From positions 1 to 52,579 of the forward strand of contig DASRSG010000112.1 in assembly GCA_035656595.1 (NCBI GenBank): a stretch of DNA of 52,579 bases, written 5' to 3'. A program made the translations under genes and the position numbers. This document shows positions 27,182 to 35,605 of the stretch, one piece after another (the stretch's first letter is position 1; each line of letters starts with the position of its first letter). The notes beneath the pieces were generated by a model. The model ran no database searches and was not told the origin of the DNA. It saw only the letters and a program-made list of their open reading frames with translations. This stretch comes from Jatrophihabitantaceae bacterium (GTDB taxonomy: Bacteria > Actinomycetota > Actinomycetes > Mycobacteriales > Jatrophihabitantaceae).

Positions 27182-28651
27182 ATGCGCACGCTCGCCGCGG
27201 TCATGGCGCTGCTGATCGGTGCCGCCGTCGCGGCGCCGGCCGGTGCCGCATCCTTCGATCCAAGCGTCGAGGCGCAGAATTTCTCGATCACCCAGCAGCG
27301 CCAAGCCGAATACGACACACCGGCCTACCAGCAGCTGCTCGCGCAGGTAGGCACGCAGAACGCCGCGGCCGCGGTGGCCATGCAGGCGAACGACCCGGGG
27401 CGGTTCTTCAGCAACAACCTGTGCTGGTCGTTGCAGAACGGCTGCGCCGGCGACGTCCGCCTCTACAACTGGGCGTCGAAGCACTACGGCATCGTCAAGC
27501 CGGTGCTGTTCACTGCTCGCGACGGCGCGACGCTGTCCGGTCACGTGTGGGCGACCAAGGCCGGCCCAGCGAAACGGCCCGGCATCGTGATCACCGACGG
27601 CTCGGTGCAGGCCGACGAGGAGCTCTACTGGTTCGCTGCGCAAACGCTGGCCAAGGCCGGCTATGTCGTGCTCACCTTTGACCCGCAGGGGCAGGGCCAG
27701 AGCGACATGTTCGGCGAAGGGTCCGATGCGCGGGAAGGCGTTCCCGCGCAATCAGACGGACGTCCCTTCTACGACGGCACCGAGGACGCGCTGAACTTCT
27801 TCCTCTCCACGCCGCGGCACAAGTACCGTCCGGTGCCCAGCTGCACGAGCGGGACGAGGCATGCCGCCAAGCAGAAGTCGCGCGTGGCCGCCGGCTTCGA
27901 CGCGGCGTACAACCCGTACTGGAAGATGATCAAGCGATCCGAGATCGGGCTGGCCGGTCACTCGTATGGTGCAGCAGGCGTCTCCTACATCGCGCAGTGG
28001 GACAAGCGGGTCAAGGCCGTGGTGGCGTGGGACAACCTCGGCGGTCCCGGGCCGGATGCCGGCTCGATTCCGGGTCAGCAGGGCGGCTCGCTCGGCGAGG
28101 CTGACTGCCCCGCGAACCCGAAGGCCCGCACCACGGTGCCGATCCGCCGTCCCGGGCTGGGCATCTCGGCCGACTACGGCCTGCCGCCCACGCCGAACAC
28201 CGCAGAACCCGATCCGATGGCCAAATCAACGGCGTCGCTCGCGTACACCAAGGCGGGCGTCGACACCGGCGAGATCATCATCCGGGGCGGTTCGCATCTG
28301 GACTTCTCCTACATCCCCAACGCCGCCTTCGGTGCCTCGTTGCGCGGTGCTGATCTGTCCGACTGGTACACGACAGCATGGTTCGACAAGTACCTCAAAC
28401 ACGAGCGGTCGGCTGATCGCCGGCTGCTCACGACGCGGTGGCGACATGACAAGACCGAGGCGAACATCGACCCGAATGGCGACGGCAACGCCTTCTCGTT
28501 CTACTACCGATCACGCCTGGACATCCATCGAGCCAACGGCACGCGCGTCGATTGCGAGAACCTGCGCAAGGGGTGCGCAGCGCTCGCCCCCGACAGCTAC
28601 CGGGGCATGTACTCCTACCTGCACATAGATACGACCCCGGACCGTCGATAA
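27182..28651 (+). CDS. Secreted alpha/beta-hydrolase-fold protein
   Basis: ATG 27182 after GAAGGGA. Signal peptide MRTLAAVMALLIGAAVAAPAGAASF. GXSXG nucleophile motif GLAGHSYGAAG. Confidence 0.7.
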   Translation: MRTLAAVMALLIGAAVAAPAGAASFDPSVEAQNFSITQQRQAEYDTPAYQQLLAQVGTQNAAAAVAMQANDPGRFFSNNLCWSLQNGCAGDVRLYNWASKHYGIVKPVLFTARDGATLSGHVWATKAGPAKRPGIVITDGSVQADEELYWFAAQTLAKAGYVVLTFDPQGQGQSDMFGEGSDAREGVPAQSDGRPFYDGTEDALNFFLSTPRHKYRPVPSCTSGTRHAAKQKSRVAAGFDAAYNPYWKMIKRSEIGLAGHSYGAAGVSYIAQWDKRVKAVVAWDNLGGPGPDAGSIPGQQGGSLGEADCPANPKARTTVPIRRPGLGISADYGLPPTPNTAEPDPMAKSTASLAYTKAGVDTGEIIIRGGSHLDFSYIPNAAFGASLRGADLSDWYTTAWFDKYLKHERSADRRLLTTRWRHDKTEANIDPNGDGNAFSFYYRSRLDIHRANGTRVDCENLRKGCAALAPDSYRGMYSYLHIDTTPDRR

Positions 28652-28706
28652 CCCGCGCGCTAGCCGGGCGCACGCGATCGAGCCGACGCACAGCGGGCGC
28701 CGTGGG

Positions 28707-29690
28707 CTACGGCGGCGGTGACGGCGGGTCGAAGAAGACCTCGATGTCCTGGAAGCCCTTGGCCCGCTGTGACTTCGCCTGCTCGGTGTAGGACGCCTCG
28801 TCGGCCGCGGTCAGTTGCACGTTGTCGGTGAACGGAGTCATCAGCGACCGCGGGTAGAGCCGCAGCTCGCGCACTGCGTTGTACTCGACCGCGAGCACCA
28901 CGATGAGCGCTTCGAGATACACCCATGCGATCAGGCCGAGGACGAGCGCGAAGACAGAGTTCAATGCTGATGCGTGCTTGACCACGCCGCCGATGTAAGA
29001 CGTGCCGAACAGCTGCAGTACCTGCCAGGCCACGGCCGCGGCGACCGCGCCGCGGATCGTGCAGCGCCACGAGATGTCCCTGGCGGTCGCGACCCGGAAG
29101 CCGACCGTGAACACCACCGCGTTCACCGCCATCGACACGACCACCAGCACGATCTTGATGCCGGTGCCGACGCTGGCTCCGAAGCTTTCCGCGCTGCTGC
29201 CGAGAGCCGACAGCGCGGTGGTGCCGAGCAAGGACACCCCGACCACCAGCAGCAGTAGTAGCCCGCGTCCCCGCCCGCGCAGCGGGTCGGGCCGCTCATT
29301 GCGCGGCACTCGCCAGATGACGTTCATCGCGTTCTGCCCGGCCTGCGCGACGCCGAGGCCGCCGTAGAGCGTGCCGAGGATGCCGATCACGAGACCAGCC
29401 CCGCTGCCGCTCACGCCGTGCGGATCGGTCAGCGAAGCGCCCACGACCGGGAACTGGCCGAGTGCGGAGTTCAGCACGTCCTGCTGCAGCTTGGGACTGC
29501 CTTCGAGGGTGAAGTTCAGGATCGTCGACAGCAACAGCAGGAGCGGGAAAAGCGAGACGATCGCATAGTACGTAATGAGCGCGGCGAGGTAGTTGCCCTG
29601 GTCGTCAAAGAACTTGTAGATGACGGCGATGGGCACACCGGCTCGACGGTGCATGCGCTGGTACCGGTCGAGCCGCGCCACGAACGACAT
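28707..29690 (-). CDS. YihY/BrkB family integral membrane protein
   Basis: Typical N-terminus (RYQRMHRRAGVPIAVIYKFFDDQGNYLAALITYYAIVSLFPLLL) and 6 predicted TM segments. Confidence 0.8.
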   Translation of the reverse strand: MSFVARLDRYQRMHRRAGVPIAVIYKFFDDQGNYLAALITYYAIVSLFPLLLLLSTILNFTLEGSPKLQQDVLNSALGQFPVVGASLTDPHGVSGSGAGLVIGILGTLYGGLGVAQAGQNAMNVIWRVPRNERPDPLRGRGRGLLLLLVVGVSLLGTTALSALGSSAESFGASVGTGIKIVLVVVSMAVNAVVFTVGFRVATARDISWRCTIRGAVAAAVAWQVLQLFGTSYIGGVVKHASALNSVFALVLGLIAWVYLEALIVVLAVEYNAVRELRLYPRSLMTPFTDNVQLTAADEASYTEQAKSQRAKGFQDIEVFFDPPSPPP

Positions 29691-29738
29691 GTCCCACCCA
29701 CTCGTCCGAGATCACCAGAGGTGTTCAGCGTAAGTGGC

Positions 29739-31799
29739 TCAGAATGTCTTGTGCAGGACGAGTGGGTAGACCGGCCCGGCGCCGCCCTCACGCAGCAGCG
29801 CCGCGGCCACCGTCAACGTGAAGCCGCTGCGCGTGACATCGTCGAGCAAGAGCACCGGGCCAGCCGGCACCTCGCCGTCGATCGACAGTCTCTGCAATGC
29901 GCCGCGTGCCGATTCGACATTGGTCGTCGCATCGCGTTGGCAGCCGGCACCGGCAGCGCGCAGTGGCGTCGCGACCGCCATCCGGCCGAGTTCGGCCAGC
30001 CGCGCTGCAAGGTCGGCAAGCAGCGTCGGATGCGCGCGCGAAGGCACCCACGTCACCCACGTCGGACGCCCAGCCGGCCAGCCCCACTTGCTCAACACGG
30101 CGACCAGTCCGTCGAAGACCTCGCTGGCGGCCGGCTGATCCGCGCCGAGCGCGACGGTTACCGCGTCGAGCCAGGCGGGATCCTCAGCCAGCGCGAGTGC
30201 GCGACCTGGCTCGGCGCGAGCAGACTCTGCGATCTTGCCGCGGCGCGGTGCTCCGGAGGGCCACATCTTGCGCGGGTCGAGTTCGACCGTTTGCGAGCGA
30301 AGGTGCACGAGGGCCGCACGCACCGTCGCAGAAGAGGGCGCATCGAGCGGCAGCCGACCTGTGCACACCGCGCACCGGCCGCAGTCGACCTCTGACGGAT
30401 CGTCCAACTGAGCCCGCAACTGCCGCATCAGGCACGACGACGACTGCTCGTAGCCGAGCATGGCCGCCTGCTCACGCTTGCGCGCGGCGGCGATGGCCGC
30501 ATACCGCTGGGCGTCGTACACCCACGGCGTGCCGGTGGCGACCCAGCCGCCGTCGACGCGCTCGACAGCGCCGTCGACATCAAGCACCTTGAGCAGCGTT
30601 TCGAGCCGCGTGCGGCGCAGGCCCGAGTCGGCTTCCAGCCGCGGCAGCGAGAGCGGGCCGTCAGCGAGCAGGTCGAGGACGCGGCGGACCCGATCTTCGG
30701 GCGGGAACGCGGTCGAGTCGAAGAACGCCCAGATCTTGGTGTCGGCGGCGGTCGGCAACAGCACGGCGGCGGCCGAGTCGAGAGCGCGGCCGGCCCGGCC
30801 GACCTGCTGGTAGTAGGCAATCGGTGAGGGCGGCGCGCCGAGGTTGACGACAAACCCGAGCGTCGGATGATCGAGGCCCATGCCGAGTGACGACGTGGCG
30901 ACCACTGCCTGCAGCTCATGCGCGAGCAGCCGCTTCTCGATGAGCGCCCGTTCGTCAGTCGGCGTCGCCGATGAGTACGCCGCAACGTCATGCCCGCGGT
31001 CGGCGAGGAACGACGCCAGCCGGGTCGTCTCGGCAACGGTCAGCGTGTAGATCAACCCGGTACCGTGCAGCGCTGACCCGAGCGCATCGGCGATCCACGC
31101 GTACGCCGACGGCAGATCAGGCATTTGCACGACGGACAGCGAAAGGCTCTCCCGATCGAGTGATCCGCGCAGCGTGAGCGTGTCGGTGCCGAGCTGCGCC
31201 GCGACATCGTCACTCACCCGGTCGTTCGCGGTTGCGGTCGTGGCCAGCACCGGCGTTGCCGGCGGCAGCCCGGCCAGCACGTCACGGATGCGGCGGTAGT
31301 CGGGGCGGAAGTCAGAACCCCAATCGGACACGCAGTGCGCCTCGTCCACCACGAGCAGCCCGATGCGCGGCGCGAGGTTCGGCAGCACGCGCGAGCGGAA
31401 GCCGGCCGAATTCAGCCGCTCAGGGGAGATCAGGAGCACGTCGACCTCGTCGGCCGCGATCTGCGCCTCGATCGCTGACCAGTCGTCGATGTTCGCGCTG
31501 TTCAACGTCACCGCACGCAGGCCGGACCGCGTCGCCGCCGCGACCTGGTCGCGCATCAGCGCGAGCAGCGGCGAGATCACCAGCGCCGGCCCGGCACCGT
31601 CGGCTCGGCGTAAACCGGCCGCGATCCAGTACACGGCCGACTTGCCCCAGCCGGTGCGCTGGATCACCACGACCTTGCGGCGCCGTGCGACCAGCGCCTC
31701 GATGGCAGTCCACTGGTCGTCGCGCAGCACGGCGGACGGCCCGGCCAGCCGGGTCAGGTGCGCTTGGGCCGCGCTACGAAGGTCGGTCACGCCAGCCAT
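29739..31799 (-). CDS. RecQ-family DEAH helicase fused to a C-terminal phosphoribosyltransferase-like (ComF-type) domain
   Basis: GWGKSAVY (motif I), VVDEAHCVSDWG (DEAH), YQQVGRAGR (motif VI), Cys cluster CLMRQL...CGRCAVC. C-terminal PRPP-loop-like VLLLDDVTRSGFT. Confidence 0.85.
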   Translation of the reverse strand: MAGVTDLRSAAQAHLTRLAGPSAVLRDDQWTAIEALVARRRKVVVIQRTGWGKSAVYWIAAGLRRADGAGPALVISPLLALMRDQVAAATRSGLRAVTLNSANIDDWSAIEAQIAADEVDVLLISPERLNSAGFRSRVLPNLAPRIGLLVVDEAHCVSDWGSDFRPDYRRIRDVLAGLPPATPVLATTATANDRVSDDVAAQLGTDTLTLRGSLDRESLSLSVVQMPDLPSAYAWIADALGSALHGTGLIYTLTVAETTRLASFLADRGHDVAAYSSATPTDERALIEKRLLAHELQAVVATSSLGMGLDHPTLGFVVNLGAPPSPIAYYQQVGRAGRALDSAAAVLLPTAADTKIWAFFDSTAFPPEDRVRRVLDLLADGPLSLPRLEADSGLRRTRLETLLKVLDVDGAVERVDGGWVATGTPWVYDAQRYAAIAAARKREQAAMLGYEQSSSCLMRQLRAQLDDPSEVDCGRCAVCTGRLPLDAPSSATVRAALVHLRSQTVELDPRKMWPSGAPRRGKIAESARAEPGRALALAEDPAWLDAVTVALGADQPAASEVFDGLVAVLSKWGWPAGRPTWVTWVPSRAHPTLLADLAARLAELGRMAVATPLRAAGAGCQRDATTNVESARGALQRLSIDGEVPAGPVLLLDDVTRSGFTLTVAAALLREGGAGPVYPLVLHKTF

Positions 31800-31863
31800 G
31801 TTGCTCGCTACCTCCGACAGGTTCGTAGGCTAGGCCTCACCGACAGGTGCAAAGGGGGATGGC

Positions 31864-32916
31864 ATGGAATATCGACAGCTTGGCAGGTCAGGCCTTCGGG
31901 TCTCGACGATCACCCTCGGGACGATGGGCTTCGGCGGCACCGGATTCGCCGAGGCGGTGGGCAAGATCGACGTCGATGGCGCGCGCCGCCAGATCGAGCT
32001 GGCGCGCGATGCGGGTGTCAACCTGATCGACACCGCCGACGTCTACTCGACCGGGCTCGCCGAGGAGATCGTCGGCAAGGCGCTCGGCGGCGATCGCGAC
32101 GACGTGCTGCTCGCGACCAAGGTGCGCATGCCGATGGGCGAGGGCCCCAACGACGCCGGCCTGTCACGGCACCACATCATCCGCGCGGCCGAGGCGAGCC
32201 TGCGCCGGCTCGGCACCGACTACGTCGACCTCTACCAGGTACACGAGTGGGACGGCCACACCCCGCTCGACGAGACGCTCAGCGCGCTCGACACGCTGGT
32301 GCAGTCGGGCAAGGTGCGCTACATCGGCGCATCCAACTACGCAGCCTGGCAGTTGATGAAGGCACTAGCCGTGTCCGAGCGGCACGACTACCAGCGATTC
32401 GTCAGCCAGCAGATCTACTACTCGCTGCAGGCACGCGACGCCGAGGACGAACTCGTCCCGCTCTCGATCGACCAAGGGCTCGGCATCCTGGTGTGGAGCC
32501 CGATCGCCGGCGGCTTGCTGTCCGGCAAGTACCGCCGCGGTGTTGACGCGCCCGAAGGCAGCCGGCATCTCGGCGACTGGGACGAGCCGCCGGTCTACGA
32601 CGAGGACAAGCTCTACGCCACGATCGAGAAGCTGGTCGCGATCGGTGCGGCGCACGAGGTGTCGGCGGCACAGGTCGCGCTCGCGTACCTGATCACGAAG
32701 CCGGGTGTCACCTCGGTGATCGTCGGCGCGCGCACCGAGGAGCAGTTGCGCGACAATCTCGGCAGTGCCGAGCTGGCGTTGAGCACTGACGAAATCGATC
32801 AGCTCGACGAGGTGAGTGCGCAGCCGCTGCGGTATCCGCACTGGCACCAGGCCAAGACCTCGTCCGATCGGCTCAGCGAGGCGGATCTGTCGCTGCTACG
32901 CCGCCACCTCGGTTAG
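31864..32916 (+). CDS. Aldo/keto reductase
   Basis: MEYRQLGRSGLRVSTITLGTMGFGG, DLYQVHEWD, YIGASNY, VIVGARTEEQLRDNL. Confidence 0.9.
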   Translation: MEYRQLGRSGLRVSTITLGTMGFGGTGFAEAVGKIDVDGARRQIELARDAGVNLIDTADVYSTGLAEEIVGKALGGDRDDVLLATKVRMPMGEGPNDAGLSRHHIIRAAEASLRRLGTDYVDLYQVHEWDGHTPLDETLSALDTLVQSGKVRYIGASNYAAWQLMKALAVSERHDYQRFVSQQIYYSLQARDAEDELVPLSIDQGLGILVWSPIAGGLLSGKYRRGVDAPEGSRHLGDWDEPPVYDEDKLYATIEKLVAIGAAHEVSAAQVALAYLITKPGVTSVIVGARTEEQLRDNLGSAELALSTDEIDQLDEVSAQPLRYPHWHQAKTSSDRLSEADLSLLRRHLG

Positions 32917-33375
32917 CTGTCGTCGCGACCGACGCAGGCGGGCCGTCCAGATCGCCAGCCCGACCAGCGGCAATGCCGCGCCGAACCAGCACCCGCCCGT
33001 CCACCCGTAGGCGTCGTACAGCGCATCGGCGACCGCCGGGGAGATCGCGCCGCCCACGCAGCACTCCCGCCACGGCAAGCAGCACGAGGCTGTTGCCGCC
33101 GAGCCCGGCCAGCAGCATTGCCGCAGCGGCCAGCGCGATCATCAGCCCGCTGTCCGATCGGCCGTGCCTGCGGTCGGCGAGGCGTCCGCCCAGCGGCGCC
33201 GGCGCCGCACCGGCCGCGCCGCGAGCGCGAACAACCCCACGCCGGCCTGGGTGAGGCCGTGCCGGTCGATCAGTTCGTAGCCAATCGCGGTCCAGAACGC
33301 GGTGAAGGCGCCGAACATGCGCGCCTGGCACATCGCGCGCCAGCGCAACACCGGTTCGTCGCGGATCAGCGCACC
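32896..33375 (-). pseudogene. Decayed MFS transporter gene (C-terminal half only, at least two frameshifts)
   Basis: MFS-like peptide runs across three minus-strand frames: LIRDEPVLRWRAMCQARMFGAFTAFWTAIGYELIDRHGLTQAGVGLFAL, then GAAPAPLGGRLADRRHG..LMIALAAAAMLLAGLGGNSLVLLAVAGVL, then GGAISPAVADALYDAYGWTGGCWFGAALPLVGLAIW. The N-terminal six-helix half is absent. Confidence 0.6.
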
Positions 33376-33388
33376 GATCCGTCCTCCC

Positions 33389-33453
33389 CCCTGTTTTGGT
33401 ATCGGGTGACCAGATTCGGTCGCTGAAAATGGCCACCCGATACCAAAACAGGG
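33389..33453. repeat. Palindromic element family B, copy 1 (20-bp perfect arms CCCTGTTTTGGTATCGGGTG / CACCCGATACCAAAACAGGG)
   Basis: Arms at 33389..33408 and 33434..33453 with a 25-nt centre. The 25 nt CTGTTTTGGTATCGGGTGACCAGAT within the left half are identical to those in the copy at 52153..52215. Confidence 0.85.
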
Positions 33454-33553
33454 ACGTGCGGAGCGTGTGGCGAGCGTCGGACGTCGGGCGTGGTGAGCGG
33501 GGTCACCGGCAAACCGGTTGCGGAATCTAAGACGACCGGTCATATTCATACCT

Positions 33554-34129
33554 ATGCCTCGTCCCAGTGTGCGCAGCTATCTGGTGGAATCCGCGCTCGA
33601 GCAGTTCCACACCCGCGGTTTCCACAACTGTTCGGTTGAGGACATCACCCGCTCGGCCGGCGTGCCGAAGGGCTCGTTCTACAACCACTTCGCCAGCAAG
33701 GACGCCCTGGCCATCGAAGCGTTGCAGCAATATCAAGCGCGCTCGGTATGGCGCACCACCGATGACGCGGAACTGCCGCCAGTGGCGCGGTTGCGCCACC
33801 GCTTCGAGGTCACGCGCGACGCGTTGATCGCCAACGACTTCATGCGCGGCTGCCTGATCGGCAACATGGGCACCGAACTCGCCGATCTGAACCCGGCGGT
33901 CCGCGCCGAGGTGCGGGGCAGCCTTGAATTCCGCAGCCGGGCAGCCGCCGACATGATTCGTGACGCCCAGGCGTCCGGCGATATCGGCACGCAGCACGAT
34001 CCGGAAGTGCTCGGCCGGTTCCTCATCGACGCCTGGGAGGGCGTCGTGCTGCGCGCCAAAGTCGACAAGTCGTCGCGCGCGCTCGAGGGCTTCTTCGTCC
34101 TCTTCGATTCCCTTGTCGGGAGCCCGTGA
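33554..34129 (+). CDS. TetR/AcrR family transcriptional regulator
   Basis: HTH VEDITRSAGVPKGSFYNHFASKDAL. ATG 33554. Stop overlaps the next gene's start (GTGATG). Confidence 0.85.
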   Translation: MPRPSVRSYLVESALEQFHTRGFHNCSVEDITRSAGVPKGSFYNHFASKDALAIEALQQYQARSVWRTTDDAELPPVARLRHRFEVTRDALIANDFMRGCLIGNMGTELADLNPAVRAEVRGSLEFRSRAAADMIRDAQASGDIGTQHDPEVLGRFLIDAWEGVVLRAKVDKSSRALEGFFVLFDSLVGSP

Positions 34130-35376
34130 TGCGCCTTTCTCGCACCGCCACGTTCTGGGTCGTCGTCGTCGCGTACCTCGCGCTGATGATCGCGGCCAGC
34201 ACTCCGTCGCCGCTCTACGTCGTGTACCAGGCCAAGTGGCATTTCCCGACGTCAACCCTGACGGTGATCTTCGGCGTGTACGCGGTCGCGCTGCTCGCCT
34301 CGCTGCTCACCGTCGGCGGGCTGTCGGATTTCGTCGGCCGGCGTCCGGTGCTGATCGGGGCGCTGGGCCTGCTCACCGCCGCGATGATCGTCTTCGCCGC
34401 CGCGCAAGGCGTCGCCTGGCTCTACGTCGCACGGACCATGCAGGGCCTGGCGGCAGGTGCTGCGATCGGCACGCTGAGCGCGGGCATCATCGAACTCGCC
34501 CCGGCCGGCAAGCTGCGGCTGGCCAACCTGCTCAATGCGCTGATCCCGAGCATCGGTCTCGGCCTCGGCGCGCTCATTGCCGGCGCATTCGCCGAGTGGG
34601 CGCCTGACCCGACCGTTTCGGTCTACGTGGTCGTTGCCGCGGCGCTCGCCCTGCTAGTCGCGCTGATCGGCTTGGCTCCTGAGTCGGAACCGGCCCGCTC
34701 GGGCGCACTCGCGTCGTTGGTTCCACGGGTACGCATCGCCGCGCCGGTGCGTGGCGCGTTCCTGCGCGCCGCGCCGGCGCTGTTCGCGCCGTGGGCACAG
34801 ATGGGCCTCACCCTCTCGCTTCTCGTCTCGGTCACCACCGTGCAGTTCGGCGTGACGAACCGCTTCGAGGCGGGGCTGATCGTGGTCGCCGTGTGCCTGG
34901 CCGGCACGGTCTCCGGTTTCGCGCTTCGCGACGTGGCGCCGGTGCGCACCACCAACCTCGGCGCGGCGGCTCTGATCGCCGGCACGGCACTGACCTTGCT
35001 CGGCTTGCACGCGAACTCGCTCACCGTCTTCGTGCTCGGCTCGGCGATCGGTGGCTTGGGGCTCGGCGCTTCGCTGAGCGGCTCCATCCGCACGCTGTCG
35101 GCATTGCCCGAACCGGACGAGCGCGGCGAGTTCTTCGCCGGCGTGTACGTGGTCGGCTACCTCGCGTTCTCGGTGCCGGCCGTCATCGCCGGGTTCGTCG
35201 CAGTGCACATCGGACTGCTGCACACGACCTACGTGTACGGCCTAGGCGTCATGCTGCTCGCGCTATCGGTGTTGGCCCAGGCCGCGTCGATGCCCACTTT
35301 GGGCCGGCGGCCGGTGCCCGTCGAGATCGGCTGCCGCGACCGATCCCTTCCGCTGAGTGAAACAGCCCGTCGATAA
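34126..35376 (+). CDS. MFS transporter (12-TM type)
   Basis: Multiple TM segments, MFS loop motif GGLSDFVGRRPVL. Translationally coupled to the TetR gene. Confidence 0.85.
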   Translation: MMRLSRTATFWVVVVAYLALMIAASTPSPLYVVYQAKWHFPTSTLTVIFGVYAVALLASLLTVGGLSDFVGRRPVLIGALGLLTAAMIVFAAAQGVAWLYVARTMQGLAAGAAIGTLSAGIIELAPAGKLRLANLLNALIPSIGLGLGALIAGAFAEWAPDPTVSVYVVVAAALALLVALIGLAPESEPARSGALASLVPRVRIAAPVRGAFLRAAPALFAPWAQMGLTLSLLVSVTTVQFGVTNRFEAGLIVVAVCLAGTVSGFALRDVAPVRTTNLGAAALIAGTALTLLGLHANSLTVFVLGSAIGGLGLGASLSGSIRTLSALPEPDERGEFFAGVYVVGYLAFSVPAVIAGFVAVHIGLLHTTYVYGLGVMLLALSVLAQAASMPTLGRRPVPVEIGCRDRSLPLSETARR

Positions 35377-35605
35377 CCAGCGACGGGCCGCCCTCGGCGC
35401 GGCGATGGCACTGGCCGACCGGTTGAACACCGGCATCGTGCACATCAACGACCAGACCGTCGACGACGAGGCGGTGGCTCCGTTCGGTGGCACCGGCGAT
35501 TCCGGCACGGGATCACGGTTCGGCGGGGCGGAGGCGACCATCGAGGGCTTCACCGCGACGCGCTGGTACACGGTGCAGGGCGGCCTCCCCTCCTACCCGT
35601 TCTGA
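35357..35605 (+). pseudogene. Aldehyde dehydrogenase C-terminal remnant (about 75 codons)
   Basis: RLNTGIVHINDQTVDDEAVAPFGGTGDSGTGSRFGGAEATIEGFTATRWYTV matches the extreme C-terminus of ALDH-family enzymes. No upstream catalytic domain exists because the MFS gene ends at 35376. Confidence 0.65.

Noticed and set aside
31800-31863. Canonical LexA SOS box (TCGAAC-N4-GTTCGA type) upstream of the RecQ-like gene
   Set aside because: I found no such palindrome in the intergenic region. Only the CCGACAGGT direct repeat, reported separately, is present.
35357-35605. The 82-aa ORF as a functional small gene
   Set aside because: Its sequence is the extreme C-terminus of an aldehyde dehydrogenase, without the catalytic Cys/Glu region. 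The annotated Met is only the first in-frame ATG after the MFS gene. It is treated as a remnant.
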